NCBI RefSeq assembly: GCF_006345805.1
Contig: NC_043008.1
Span: 25,296,001 to 25,360,000 of the forward strand
From: Octopus sinensis
Taxonomy: Eukaryota
Direction: 5' to 3'
DNA length: 64,000 nucleotides
Part shown: positions 1 to 11,470 of the stretch, in pieces
Numbering within the stretch: position 1 is the stretch's first letter
Layout: each line of letters begins with the position of its first letter
Program-made: the position numbers and the translations under genes
The notes under the pieces: model-generated
The model's input: only the letters and a program-made list of their open reading frames with translations
Told to the model about the DNA's origin: nothing
Database searches by the model: none

Positions 1-747
1 CTTCAACCGCAAATAAAAATCAATTCCGTAAACAGGAGAAAATTTAAAAAACATTTACCCTGTAATTTCTTATACGATGCACCGTTTCATCTGCTGTTTA
101 ATGGTAAACTAACCTGATTAAATTAAATCAAGCCAATCTTCCATAGGCCCTCAGATTCTTCAGTAAGAAATAGCCCAAGTCGGAACAGATATTTTCACGA
201 GGCATTTCCAACCCTGCCAAGGTAATATCTGACCTAAAATTTTCAAATCATCGCACTCGCGCCAAATTTATCGGCAGCAAATAAATATAAGCCGTCGATT
301 CCATTGATTGTTGATGTTGAACTTAAAAATGGTCTATGACTATTTAATTTTTTCCCACTAGGCCGCTGGTGGCAAAAAAATTCTACAAAATTTTTTTTTT
401 GCACCCTATATTGATTAATTATGAATTTTCTGGTTAATTCCGTAATGGAATCGACGGCTATATTATTTGTTGCTGCCGATAAATTTGCGCGAGTGCGATG
501 ATTTGAAAATTTTAGGTCACATATTACCTGGCAGGGTTGGAAATGCCTCGTGAAAATATCTGTTCCGACTTGGGCTATTTCTTACTGAAGAATCTGAGGG
601 CCTATGGAAGATTGGCTTGATTTAATTTAATCAGGTTAGTTTACCATTAAACAGCAGATGAAACGGTGCATCGTATAAGAAATTACAGGGTAAATGTTTT
701 TTAAATTTTCTCCTGTTTACGGAATTGATTTTTATTTGCGGTTGAAG
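1..747. repeat. Long inverted repeat (fold-back), arms 1-305 and 444-747, probably truncated by the window start
   Basis: 1-305 is the reverse complement of 444-747 (e.g. CTTCAACCGCAAATAAAAAT at 1 vs ATTTTTATTTGCGGTTGAAG ending at 747); the differences I found are a few small changes near the inner ends. Confidence 0.95.
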
Positions 748-912
748 TTTTGGCTGTTATTTCTAGTGGGTGAATGGCCTATTATGGCCGTTCCTTGATG
801 TTGATGTTGAACTTAAAAATGGTCTATGACTATTTAATTTTTTCCCACTAGGCCGCTGGTGGCAAAAAAATTCTACAAAACTTTTTTTTGCCACCCTATA
901 TTGATTAATTAT
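311..912 (+). repeat. Direct repeat of ~112 bp (311-422 and 801-912), each copy containing a GGTGGCAAAAAAA...TTTTTTTG(C)CACC hairpin
   Basis: TTGATGTTGAACTTAAAAATGG...CCCTATATTGATTAATTAT occurs at both positions, differing only in the T-run/GCC region. Confidence 0.9.
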
Positions 913-936
913 AGATATATATATATATATATACAT

Positions 937-1019
<83 letters not shown>
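913..1019. repeat. (AT)n microsatellite, imperfect
   Basis: Direct reading of sequence. Confidence 0.95.
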
Positions 1020-1437
1020 TAGTTCCTTTTGGTAAAACATTGCACACTGCTATGTTCATTTTCTGTATGCACATTAGCAACTTATTTAATCTTCCATAAA
1101 TTTTTATGGTTAAAACATATATACTGACAGAGAATTAAGTCCAAAATCTGCTGAAATTGAGCCAATCCTTACTGATAAAGCAACAAAAATTGCCAAAACT
1201 GATCGGTCAGTATAGGGAATTCGTGATTGGTGTTTTTGGGATGATTACAGTCCCTGTCAGTGTATATGTATACAAACACATGCTTTGACTACAGCATTAG
1301 AGCATTTTAGCTCTTATTTCTAGCAATGAAGGTGTTTCTAATACTCTAGTCATATTTCATGAGAACTGGAGATTTACCTTTTGGTTAAACATTGTAGACT
1401 GATGTCATACATACATACATACACATATATATATATA

Positions 1438-1594
1438 GGGAAAATTCACAAAAAACAATAGACAAAGACAGGTAGCATAGACAACAAACAGATGTATTAG
1501 TTTAACATCTCAAGCCTATGCTCTTCTACAGAAAGGAATACAGAAAGAAACAAGGAGAGAAAATAAAGAATGTGTAGTAGCGTGGCTAGTGATC

Positions 1595-1596
<2 letters not shown>
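1438..1596 (-). mobile_element. Penelope-type terminal repeat fragment with decayed hammerhead-like motif (1501-1534)
   Basis: Minus strand reads TTT-CTGTAGA-A-GAGC atag GCTT-GAG-ATGT-T-AAA, the same layout as the intact motif at 20078-20123; family assignment is inference. Confidence 0.45.
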
Positions 1597-1641
<45 letters not shown>

Positions 1642-1722
1642 CACACACACACACATACATACATACACACACACATACATACATACATACATACATACAT
1701 ACATACATACATACATACATAC
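1597..1722. repeat. Compound microsatellite (AT)n(AC)n(ACAT)n
   Basis: Direct reading; source of the spurious YIYI/HTHT ORFs. Confidence 0.95.
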
Positions 1723-1753
1723 ATTAATATTACTTATAAAAATTATACATGTA

Positions 1754-2640
1754 TCAAGTTGTTTGGAAAGTTCTTGGCATCTTTTAAGTGCAATACAGAA
1801 TAAACATACTCACATTTTTATTCATTAAAATAATTTTCATTGTTTTCTATGACATTAGTCCACTGAGCAAGCAATTTAAATATTCCATTGGCATAAAACT
1901 CAGTTGCTTTCGAGGAAAAGAAGTCATCTAAATGGGTTTTGACATCTAAATCATTAAATGATTTTCCTTCTACAGATTTCTGCAAATACAAAAAGAAATG
2001 ATAGTCAGATAGTGCAATGTCAGGGGAGAATGGTTGATGGGGCAACATTGTCCTGGTGGAACACAACTCCATTCCTGTTGGAGAGTGTTGGCCTCAGTTC
2101 TTTGATATTTTGATTCAAATTTGGTAGCTGATGGCAATACACTTCAGAATTGATGGTCTGATTTTGTGGGAGTAGCTCATAGTAAATAATGCCTTTGAAA
2201 TCTCACCAGACACAAAGCATGACTTTTCTTGTATGAATATTCTGCTTGGAAGCTGTTTTGGAGGATTCTCATGCAAACTCCCTGATGGTTTTCTCTCTAT
2301 ATCATCGTAAACAATTCATCTGTCATCTTCAGTTACCAGTTATTTCAGAAAAGGCTTATTTTCATTGCATTTCAGAAGCATATCATAGATGGAATACCAG
2401 TCCATGCAGTTTTGATCTAGCAGTTTCTGAGGCACCCAGTCATCATAGCAAGAAACATGCCCAATTTTCTCTAAGTGTTCATGAATGGTACTGTTGGAAA
2501 CTTCCAACTTCTCTGCAAGTTTTCTAGTCATAATATTTGAGTTTTCTTCAATGGTTACCTTCAAAATGCCATCTAAGATTAAGGGTTTTCCATAGCAAAT
2601 GTCATTTACCAAGCTGATCTCACCACATTTTAATTTTGCA
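1754..2640 (-). mobile_element. Degraded mariner (D,D34D) transposon, 5'-truncated
   Basis: ORF 2340-2612 has the HTH region and WVPQKL (WVPHEL motif); ORF 1818-2072 has HQPFSPDIALSDYHFF (YSPDLAPSDY motif); multiple stops and frameshifts. Confidence 0.9.
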
Positions 2641-2751
2641 ATTGATATTCAAGTGGGCGATTCATATATATATTTAGGCATGTATATATATATATATATA
2701 TTTATACTTGGAAGAGGATGCGTGGCAGTCAATCATATAATAACATAAATA

Positions 2752-2799
<48 letters not shown>

Positions 2800-3300
2800 T
2801 TATGTACATACATCTATACGTATATATATGTGGGAACACCATGTCACGATACATGTCCAACAAAAAATACGAAGTGCAAGTGCATGGAATATGAACTGTT
2901 TTTCTGAACAACGAAAGACACAAATGGAAAACAAGATAAACAAAAAAAAAACACATAGCATCAATTGTTGGCTGTTTTTCTACTCACATATTTGTGCATT
3001 TAACAACAAGATACGCTTTCGATTAAATAGCTGCTCCTGCAAAGCAAATTAAATAAAATTTGGGATTTTTTAGTGTTCAAAATTGGTAACAAAAACTAGG
3101 ACAGTAAAAACAAACAGGAAGGGCTGGTAAGCCTAAACAAGGTTGTGGTGAACGCATAAATCAAGCTTGGACAGAAGACAGACAAGAACACGTCTTCCTT
3201 GATCCAGTTACAATGGAGAGAAAGAAAGAAACACAAGTAAGGAGAAGGAAGATGGCCGATGGTCCCGTTGAGGCCACGTGAGCAAGGGAGGAAGAGTGGA

Positions 3301-3335
<35 letters not shown>

Positions 3336-3379
3336 TACATAAACGTATGTATATAGTAAATATATATATATATATATAT

Positions 3380-3560
3380 TACGGAGATGTACTTGCATAG
3401 CAAGTGACCTGATCTGATATCGTGTGCGGGAACAAAAACAATTGCAGCGTGGTAGATGTTTATAAGTCATTTAAGAAACACACAAAAACCGTTGATTTAA
3501 TTTGTTAAAATATTTTCGGCGCTTTGAGACAGCAACCTGTCCTCTGACAAAATTCTGTGC
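3380..3560 (-). mobile_element. Penelope-type terminal repeat fragment with decayed hammerhead-like motif (3504-3548)
   Basis: Minus strand GTCA-GAGGACA-G-GTTGC tgtctcaaa GCGCC-GAA-AATATT-T-TAAC; family assignment is inference. Confidence 0.4.
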
Positions 3561-3727
3561 AGCACCGAGTTTTGTTAGTGATCAGGTGTCTTTTCATAAA
3601 TTTGTCTGGTTTAAAAAGCCACATCTGATGCCATGATGGTGATAAGGTGTTGGTACATGAGGTGGTAAAATTTTGCATAAGGAGTAGACAACCACCACAT
3701 GTATGTTTATAATATATATATATATAT

Positions 3728-4990
3728 ATGCAGTGGTGTAACAGAGTAATTTATTACCACCAAAGAAGAGTTAATAAATTACTCCACTACACCACTGAAA
3801 TCAAAAGAATGGGGACTCCTGCTAATCTACTATGGCAAAGAGTCACAAGAATTAGGATAGGCAGGGTGCCACCCGAAACTAAAGAAGCATGGCTGGTATC
3901 AGCCATGATGCACGGAACCCATGAGAACACAAAGATATTTTCAAGTGGCAAGAAGAAAGAAAATGAATTGCTGGGGTTATGGCCTGGAAATGGTTATCGA
4001 GGGCATGCAGCAAGACCAGAATGAAATAGCAGGAGAGGTGTTACTGCCTGAAGATATAAAATTGACAGTGGTAGTAGAAGGGAGACCACCAACCTGCTAC
4101 AACTGTGGAGAAAAGGGGCACATTAAAATAAAGTGCCCCCAGATAAGCAATGAAATCAGAGAAAACCAGCATGAACAAAGTCGGAGTACCAAAAGGACAA
4201 GCCCAGCCCAGGAGGAGGGTATGAAAGACACAGAGGAAGAGGGATTTACTGAAGTATCCAAAAGAAAGAGAAAGGAAACAGTAAATACACCCCTAAAAAG
4301 ACCAAAGAAGAAGAGGAAGTCATTGTACAGTAAACAACACACAACACAGAAAATACACTCACACAGCATACTTCACCAAAAAAATAAAGGAAACTGCTCC
4401 AGATAGTCCAAGTTCCCTTGGTAGACAAACAGACACAGACAGGCATAACACACAATCCCTCAAAAGGCCCTGTAAATACAAACGTATGTTATGATGTACA
4501 CAAAAAGCATGGCAATTAAACAAAAAATCTCCAAGTTCAAATCGGTGATTAGAATGAAATTACTGGCTAAGGTATATACAGTAAACACTAAATGTATATA
4601 GACAAGGAAAGATATGATAAATTATGGGAATTGTTTGGGACAAACATTGACCCATTACGTGTGGAGAAGGTGTATGATGCCCTACCTCCAGTCATGAACT
4701 ATGACAATTTGAAACCCTATATAAACTATGTATGTTTTAATATTACCAAAAAGCAAGAGAAAAAAAGCTGGAAAGATTACACACCTGCTACAACGAAAAG
4801 AATTATGAAAAATTTTGATAAAGAACAGTTAAATGGTACAGCTTGAGAGTGGAGTTTGAGCAGCTATCACACCTTCATTAATTTATAATTCATTTTCATC
4901 GTTCTTTTGTTTTATGTCCCCATAGGTTTTACCTGTACATGTACTGTTCCCTCTATGTTGGGCCCTCAGTGGCTAATAAAGAAACGAGTA
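3728..4990 (+). mobile_element. L1/Tx1-like ORF1 (gag-like; RRM-like strand plus CCHC zinc knuckle) relic ending in AATAAA, no ORF2
   Basis: VTRIRIGRVPPE (ORF 3728-4024), then after a frameshift GRPPTCYNCGEKGHIKIKC (CX2CX4HX4C) in ORF 3921-4406; lysine-rich tail; AATAAAG at ~4975. Confidence 0.7.
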
Positions 4991-5199
4991 TATTTGTAAG
5001 TAAGTAAAAGCCAAAGTTCATGGTTAGAACTGATGGTTTACTACTATACGGGTACAAACATATGTACGTACTTAGTTACTTCCATACATACTTATATACA
5101 TACACATTTACTGCTTACTACAATAATTTGGTTCACTAGAATGTCTCAATGCAACATGTCAGCTACTGCAAAAGTTGAGAAAGTTAATTCTCTACTCCC

Positions 5200-5480
5200 T
5201 AGAATGAAGGCAGGAAAGATATGCAGTGATATACATCTGGAGATCCTGGAAAGACTTGCATCAAACTTTGGCATTGAAAGTTACATAAACAGCAGAACAG
5301 GGTGCTACTGCATAGGGCCAAGTATTCCAACATTGCCATCAATACACAGGACCAGACACTGCAACAGCTTAGGTTTCAATGGCCCCACAGCTCCTCAATA
5401 TCCTTCCAAAATGCCTGATAGACCTACATGGTATGGATGTAGGTGTCTTCAAAACAAGACTGGATCTCCTCCTGTCAAGG
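5200..5480 (+). mobile_element. 3' end of a CR1/L2/Jockey-group LINE ORF2, decayed
   Basis: Frameshifted translation gives SLGFNGP.LLNILPKCLIDLHGMDVGVFKTRLDLLLSRILDEP, resembling the conserved C-terminal FK..LD..L...PDEP motif. Confidence 0.6.
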
Positions 5481-5676
5481 ATTCTGGATGAGCCAACCTT
5501 CATGACAGGAAACACAGATAAGGGCAGATACATCAAACTCCCAAGGTAGTACCAAATAATAAAAGTGTAGCAAAATCAACAGTGATGCCTCAGCATGACC
5601 ACAGCTTTCAAGCTGAAACTAGTAAAATATATATTTATATATATGTGTGTATGTATACATATATGTATGTAAGGAT

Positions 5677-7540
5677 ATGAAGATGGGGAAAACCCCTGGC
5701 CCATCAAGAATTATCACTAAGATGCTTGAAATATTTGGCAGTGTGAGATATAGCCTAGTCATCTGTATAGTTAATCATGTTGTCCATGAGGTAATCATAT
5801 TCAATGACTGGTGTAGCAGTACTATAGTCAACTACTACAAAGATAAAGGTGATGTCTTAGACAAATGATTACAGAAGTATCAAACTGTTGGACCAGATAA
5901 TGAAAGTACAGAGAGAGTTATAGCTCAACTAATTGGAAGAGAGTTAGTCTAGATGAGATGCAGTTTGGTTTTGTGCCAGGGAGAAACACAACTGACTCTA
6001 TACTCCTGGTAAGGCAGCTGCAGGAGAAGGACCTAGCCAAAAATAAATCCCTGTACTTGGCTTTTGTTGTCATGGAAAAAGATTTTGACAGGGTCCCCTG
6101 CTTCCTTGTCTGGTGGTCAATGCAGAAACTAGGGATAGATGAGTGGTAGGTGAGAGCTGTATAAGTCATGTATAAGGATGCTGCAAGTAAGGTGAAGGTT
6201 GGCAAGGGGTATAGCAATGAATTTAGTGTACAAATAGTTCACCAAGGCTCAGTTTTCAACCCCTCTTGTTTATGATAGTCTTCCAGGCCATAACAGAGGA
6301 ATTTAAGGCTACTGCCCTGAAAGCTACTTTATGCTGATGACCTTGTTCTTATTGTTGAATCACTACCTGACTTAGAGAAGAAATTTCAGGCATGGAATAA
6401 AGGTCTGAAATTTAAGGGCATTAGAATTAATTTAGCAAAGACGAAAGTCCTAGTAAGTAAGGAAACAGATAAATCACAAGTCCTTTCAGGGTGATAGCCC
6501 TGCTTGATAGGTAAGAATGGTGTTTGTAGAAACTCTATACATTGTACTGAGTGCACTCTTCAGATACATCTGAAATGTAACAGTATCACAGAAGGGTTAA
6601 CAGAGAAAATAGTCTTTGTGTGTGGCAAATGTATGGATATAATATGCACTAAAAATGCACAGTGAATAGATTTCCTCAAATGCTTGGGGGAATCCTTAGA
6701 AGTTGTAGATAGCTTCTGTTACCTATGCATCCAAGTTAGCAGTGGAAGAGGAAAAGTTCTGAAAGTATAGTTGCCAGAATAAGAATGGGTTGGGCAAAGT
6801 TTAAAGAGTTACTGCCTTTGTTAGCAACTCAAAGAGAAAAGCAGATTGTATAATGCCTGTGTATGTACAGTGAGGCTACATGGCAAAGAAACGTGGGCTA
6901 TAACTATAGAGGAATTGCAAAAGCTTGAAAGAAATGAAGCCAGCTTGCTCCACTAGATGGGTAATGTCAGCGTGCACATACAACAGCATGTTAATGATTT
7001 AAGTGGATAACTGAATGTAAGATGTATTAGATGCTGTGTGCAAGAGAGAAGAATGCACTGGTATGGTCATGTGATGTGTATAGATAAGGACAGCTGCTTA
7101 AAGAAGTGCCAATCTAATTGTGGAGGGAACCTGTGAAAGGGCTAGACCCAGGAAGACATGGGATTGAGTGCTGAGAAAGGATTTTCAAGGTACTGAGAGT
7201 TGTGGTGACTTGCTGTACTTGAGAACACATGTCAAGCTCAGTAAAATTGCAGCCATCCATACATACAGGCATATTTTTTTATGGCCATGTCCTCACTCAG
7301 TCTCCTAGCTGAGAGGTCTTTGTCTTGTAGGTGCCAGTGCCATGTGAAATTCACTTGTGCCAGTACTCTATAGAAAGTACCCATGCTGGTATAGCACCCA
7401 ATACACTCTGTAAAGAGGTTGGAGTTAGGAAGGGTATCCAACTGTAGAAACCATGTCAAATACACAATTTGAGTCTAGCCAGCTCCTGTCAAACTGTGCA
7501 ATCCATGGAAAATGGACGTTAAAGGTTGTTGATGTTGTTG
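5677..7540 (+). mobile_element. Degraded RTE-clade LINE (RT, PHD-like region, 3' UTR, GAT-type tail)
   Basis: MQFGFVPGRNTTDSILLVRQLQEK (5958-6149) is co-linear with the 48290-50155 ORF; many stops; 3' UTR ends GGAAAATGGACGTTAAAGGTTGTTGATG. Confidence 0.9.
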
Positions 7541-7900
7541 CCCAGTTGTCTTATCAGACAGTTAACTTCACCAAGTTACATGTAGTGCCTAAATCATTAG
7601 CCTATAGGTAATAGTTCTAACTCAAATATAATTATTTTCATGAACATAAGAATTTCTGCTTTGTGCGTGAGTGTGTGTGTGTGTGTGTAATGAAAATTAC
7701 TATAATACTCCAATAATTTTGCCAATTAACCACCTTAGACTACTAGTATGGAAGAACCAAATTGATAATAGCACATTATTGCTTGTTATATCAAAGCTTC
7801 AAAATCGCAATTATTGAAATTGTTTAAATGCAAAATATTAACTGTAGCTCTTGTTATATAGTTAGTACAATCTGCCTTTAAATCACTAGCTTATTTTCAG

Positions 7901-7936
7901 CAATTCTATGCAAGAATGGCAAGGTGTTAAATAAAA
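7901..7936 (+). CDS. Candidate 36-nt phase-1/1 exon of an unidentified gene
   Basis: TTATTTTCAG acceptor, GTAAG donor at 7937; open frame (x)ILCKNGKVLNK; phase-compatible with 8377-8432. Could be chance. Confidence 0.2.
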
Positions 7937-8376
7937 GTAAGAAAAAAAGCATATGAAACTGAAAATAATATTATCAATCATTATGAACAAATATTCTGAA
8001 AGCAAAACTTGAAAACAAAGTTACAAATGTGCATATTTTAAATGTAGAGTAATTTCAGTTTGTTCTCAGATAAAATGTTAAACAAAACATTCTAGAGTGA
8101 TCTGTATAAAAAAATATTTAGTGCTTGATTTAAGTTATTGCCAATCAAGAGACATTAGGTCTCAAAGCTTAATACTCTAAGTGCATCACAAATAAACGAT
8201 TTCACTCTTGTGCTAATTTATTAAGTCATCTGATTATCCTGAAAATTTATGAGTTATCCAATCACCATGCTCCATTAACCTATTGAAGCATGAAATTTCT
8301 AAGATGGAAAGGTTGCAAGTATTTTCTTTTGCTTTCTCAACATCAACCTAAAGATTAAATGTTTTTTTTTCATCAG

Positions 8377-8432
8377 AAGAAGGTAGCACTGAACTGGTTA
8401 ATGCAAAGTCTGAAGTTTCTGATATGAATTGA
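8377..8432 (+). CDS. Candidate terminal exon of an unidentified gene
   Basis: GTTTTTTTTTCATCAG acceptor; phase-1 frame (K)EGSTELVNAKSEVSDMN-stop. Could be chance. Confidence 0.2.
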
Positions 8433-10139
8433 TTTGTACTTTCAATTCTTTGAAATCAGTCAAATGTATCTGAATATATATTGGAAATAATCCATATCAC
8501 CAGTTTATTCATAAACTTTACCTATTGTTCAATTAACTTCTGGGTCATTGATATGATCAGAAAATAGAACTTATTTGGACAAATTATATAAAATTCCTGG
8601 TAGGCCAGATAATTCTAATTGCAGCATCAGAAAAAATACTATAAACAAAACTGACAATGGCACTTAAAAAGCTAACATGGAATACAGAAAAATGAATGAA
8701 TTGTTAATTTAAGTGTCATGAAACACCTCTTAAAATTTGTTTGTGTCTTCTAGCATTTCATAAAACGTAGAAGAATCAGCTTAATGAAAATTAAGTGATA
8801 GCATATCCATGTTTGTTGAGTTCTGTGAATTGTTGCATAGCTCCAGGTCAGCAATGTTTAAGTTATTATTTACGTGTGATCTATTGATTATGAATATATA
8901 TCATTACCGATAATTTAAGCACCAGTTGCATACAGGAGTGGATCTAATTGACTGCCCCGCTCCCTAAAAATTTGAGGCCTTGTGCCTAGAATAGAAAAGA
9001 ATATTGTTATATATTTTTAACTCAGTATTGAGATGGATGAAGGCACTTAATGTATTCCTTCTCTCCCTTAGTGATGTGTACTATTAAAAGAAAATATTAG
9101 AATTTTCACAACTAGTGATTGTTTATGGAAGGAGAAAAATTATTAACTTTAGCCTTTAATGTAATTTTTTTTATCAATTAGATTATGTCTTGAAACATTC
9201 CCTGAACTATAATTTCTCAGCCATTTAGTATTTTAAAGGATATAATCTGATGTCTTAGTCTTCCATGTTGGCCCAACTAATCCTGTTAGCAATCATGAAA
9301 ACATTTCGTCTTCTCTACTCTGTTGTCAAGTAAATAGTATAATCATTTATTGCTCCATGCATTTGTAGACAACAATAATACAAATCTCTAGCATTCACAT
9401 TTAAATCTTCAGATTGAAGGAATTCTGTGAAATTGACATTGACTTCTTTTGTCAAGTTTCAAACACATTAAATATCATAAACACTATCAATTCATATATA
9501 ATTTCTGGTGGGGGGGGGGAATAATGTAAATAGATCGCTGTTGGTTTTGATGATGAGTGTTCAGTTGTTCAATCAACATAACTACCTGCTCACTGAATTA
9601 GCATTAAAGTGACTAGGCAGAGTCTATCATGTGTCTATCAACATGGTTCTCAAGCAGAATCAATGTGATGAAACTGGATCTTCCAATTGCATGTCCAATC
9701 CATCTCATGGGTTTTTGCAGTTTTTTTTTTACCAAATTTCATTCAAAAGAGTTGGATGAATCCAAGTCTTTACTAAATGACATTTTCCAAGATGCCATTA
9801 AGTGAGATCAAACTTGAAACCTCATGGTTGTGAAACAAACTTCTTAACCAGAGGAACATGCTGCATTCACTTTTCAAGCTGTTCCATATTTAAAACACAT
9901 CATCTTGGATTTGTAGTTACTCCTTTCACTAATTGTTTTTTTAATTATGTACATTATGAACACTTTCAGTATTGTGTAAATTATATCTTGTTGTGCCCTG
10001 GGAAGGTCATTACACGAATAATAATAACACACATACTGGTTCAATATAACTTCTTTATTGTTAGTCAATTGGTTAAATATATCTAACCAAATCACTTATC
10101 AACCATTTGTTAAATGTGCTGGTTAAACAATCGATCAGT

Positions 10140-11470
10140 TGATTGTTACTAAAAGTCATTCCATCATTATTTGTGACTTCATCAATGACATACCCTCCCT
10201 TTCCAAGGTCTGCCTCGAGTCTGTCCGAGAGTTAGTCTTATGCTTGTGCATGTGTATGCTTTTAGCTGTGCATGTAGATGTGTTGTTGCTCACGTGAGAA
10301 AGTAAGGGTGAAAGTAAATGAAGAGGCTGTGTGTGTGTAGACCCATGTAACTGTCTTTATGTATGTTTGTGAGTGTGCATGCTGTAGCCACCCATGACCC
10401 ATTGAAGGTTTGGTCTCAAATCTGCTGGGATCTGTAAAAATTTATAGATGTTGTACCTTATGTGGAGAATAGGGTAGGTATGTGTGTGTGTGAGAGAGAG
10501 AGGGCATATGCATGTGTATGTGCACATGAGTGTGTGGTCTAGTGTGCATGCTTGTATGGTAGAGTCAGTTCTGTTAATATGTTCATATGTGTGTGTATGA
10601 ATGTATGACTGTTTGCTTATTTAAGTGTTTGAGTTGTTGAGTTGGTTCTGTGAGTGAGTATCTATGTTCGCATGTATGTGTGAATGTGTGAGCATTTGCT
10701 TATTTGAGTGCATATCAGTATGTGTGTGCATGTGGTGTGGCATTGATATGAATTGGTAAGCATCTCTGTGTATGCTTATGTATGTATTCCTGTGTACATG
10801 TGTGCATATGCACGTGTATGCCTGTGCACCTGTGTATGTGTGATATGTGTATTTTTGTGTTCCTCTGTATGTGTGCTTAAGCATGCATGTGTTTATCCAG
10901 CCATGCGTGTGCACAGATGTGCTTGGTTGTTATTAGAACTGTTCATAATTACATATATGTATGGATTTCCTTGTATCCTACTGTCATTCTTATCCTAGCC
11001 TTTCTGTACCAACATGCACCTATGTGCATGGATATGTATGGTTGTATATTGGAGTTGTACATACTTACATGTGTTTGTATGGGTTTCCATGCATCTTGCT
11101 GTCATTCTATCCCTAATCTTTATATACCTGCCTATACCACCACACACACACTAATTCACTGATGTATGCATATTGCATGGGTGGTAACAGTAGCATTGTG
11201 ATTCTACTACCTACTATGTATATTTTATACTCAGTGTTGGTATTGTCTCATTTATGAGAACAGACTTGTGTATCTGTCAAAGCAATGAGCCACTTAAATG
11301 TTTAAACAAGATATCCATGCTAATTTGGTTCAGCATGCTGCTATGCTGATCTTTGGCATGCTGATTGAGTATAGATGATTGTTTTCTGTCATTACACTCT
11401 TGCCAATGTTTATTTAGTCTTTCCATTAAACTCCCAGAAGTCTCCTCAATGTATTTGTTACAGCACATAA
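10140..11470 (-). mobile_element. 5'-truncated Penelope-like element: GIY-YIG endonuclease C-terminus, (TG/CA)-rich 3' region, decayed hammerhead-like motif at 10155-10189
   Basis: ORF 11277-11468 CCNKYIEETSGSLMERLNKH...KQSSILNQHAKDQH matches the YIGET.R.L..R..EH GIY-YIG motif of PLEs. Confidence 0.75.
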
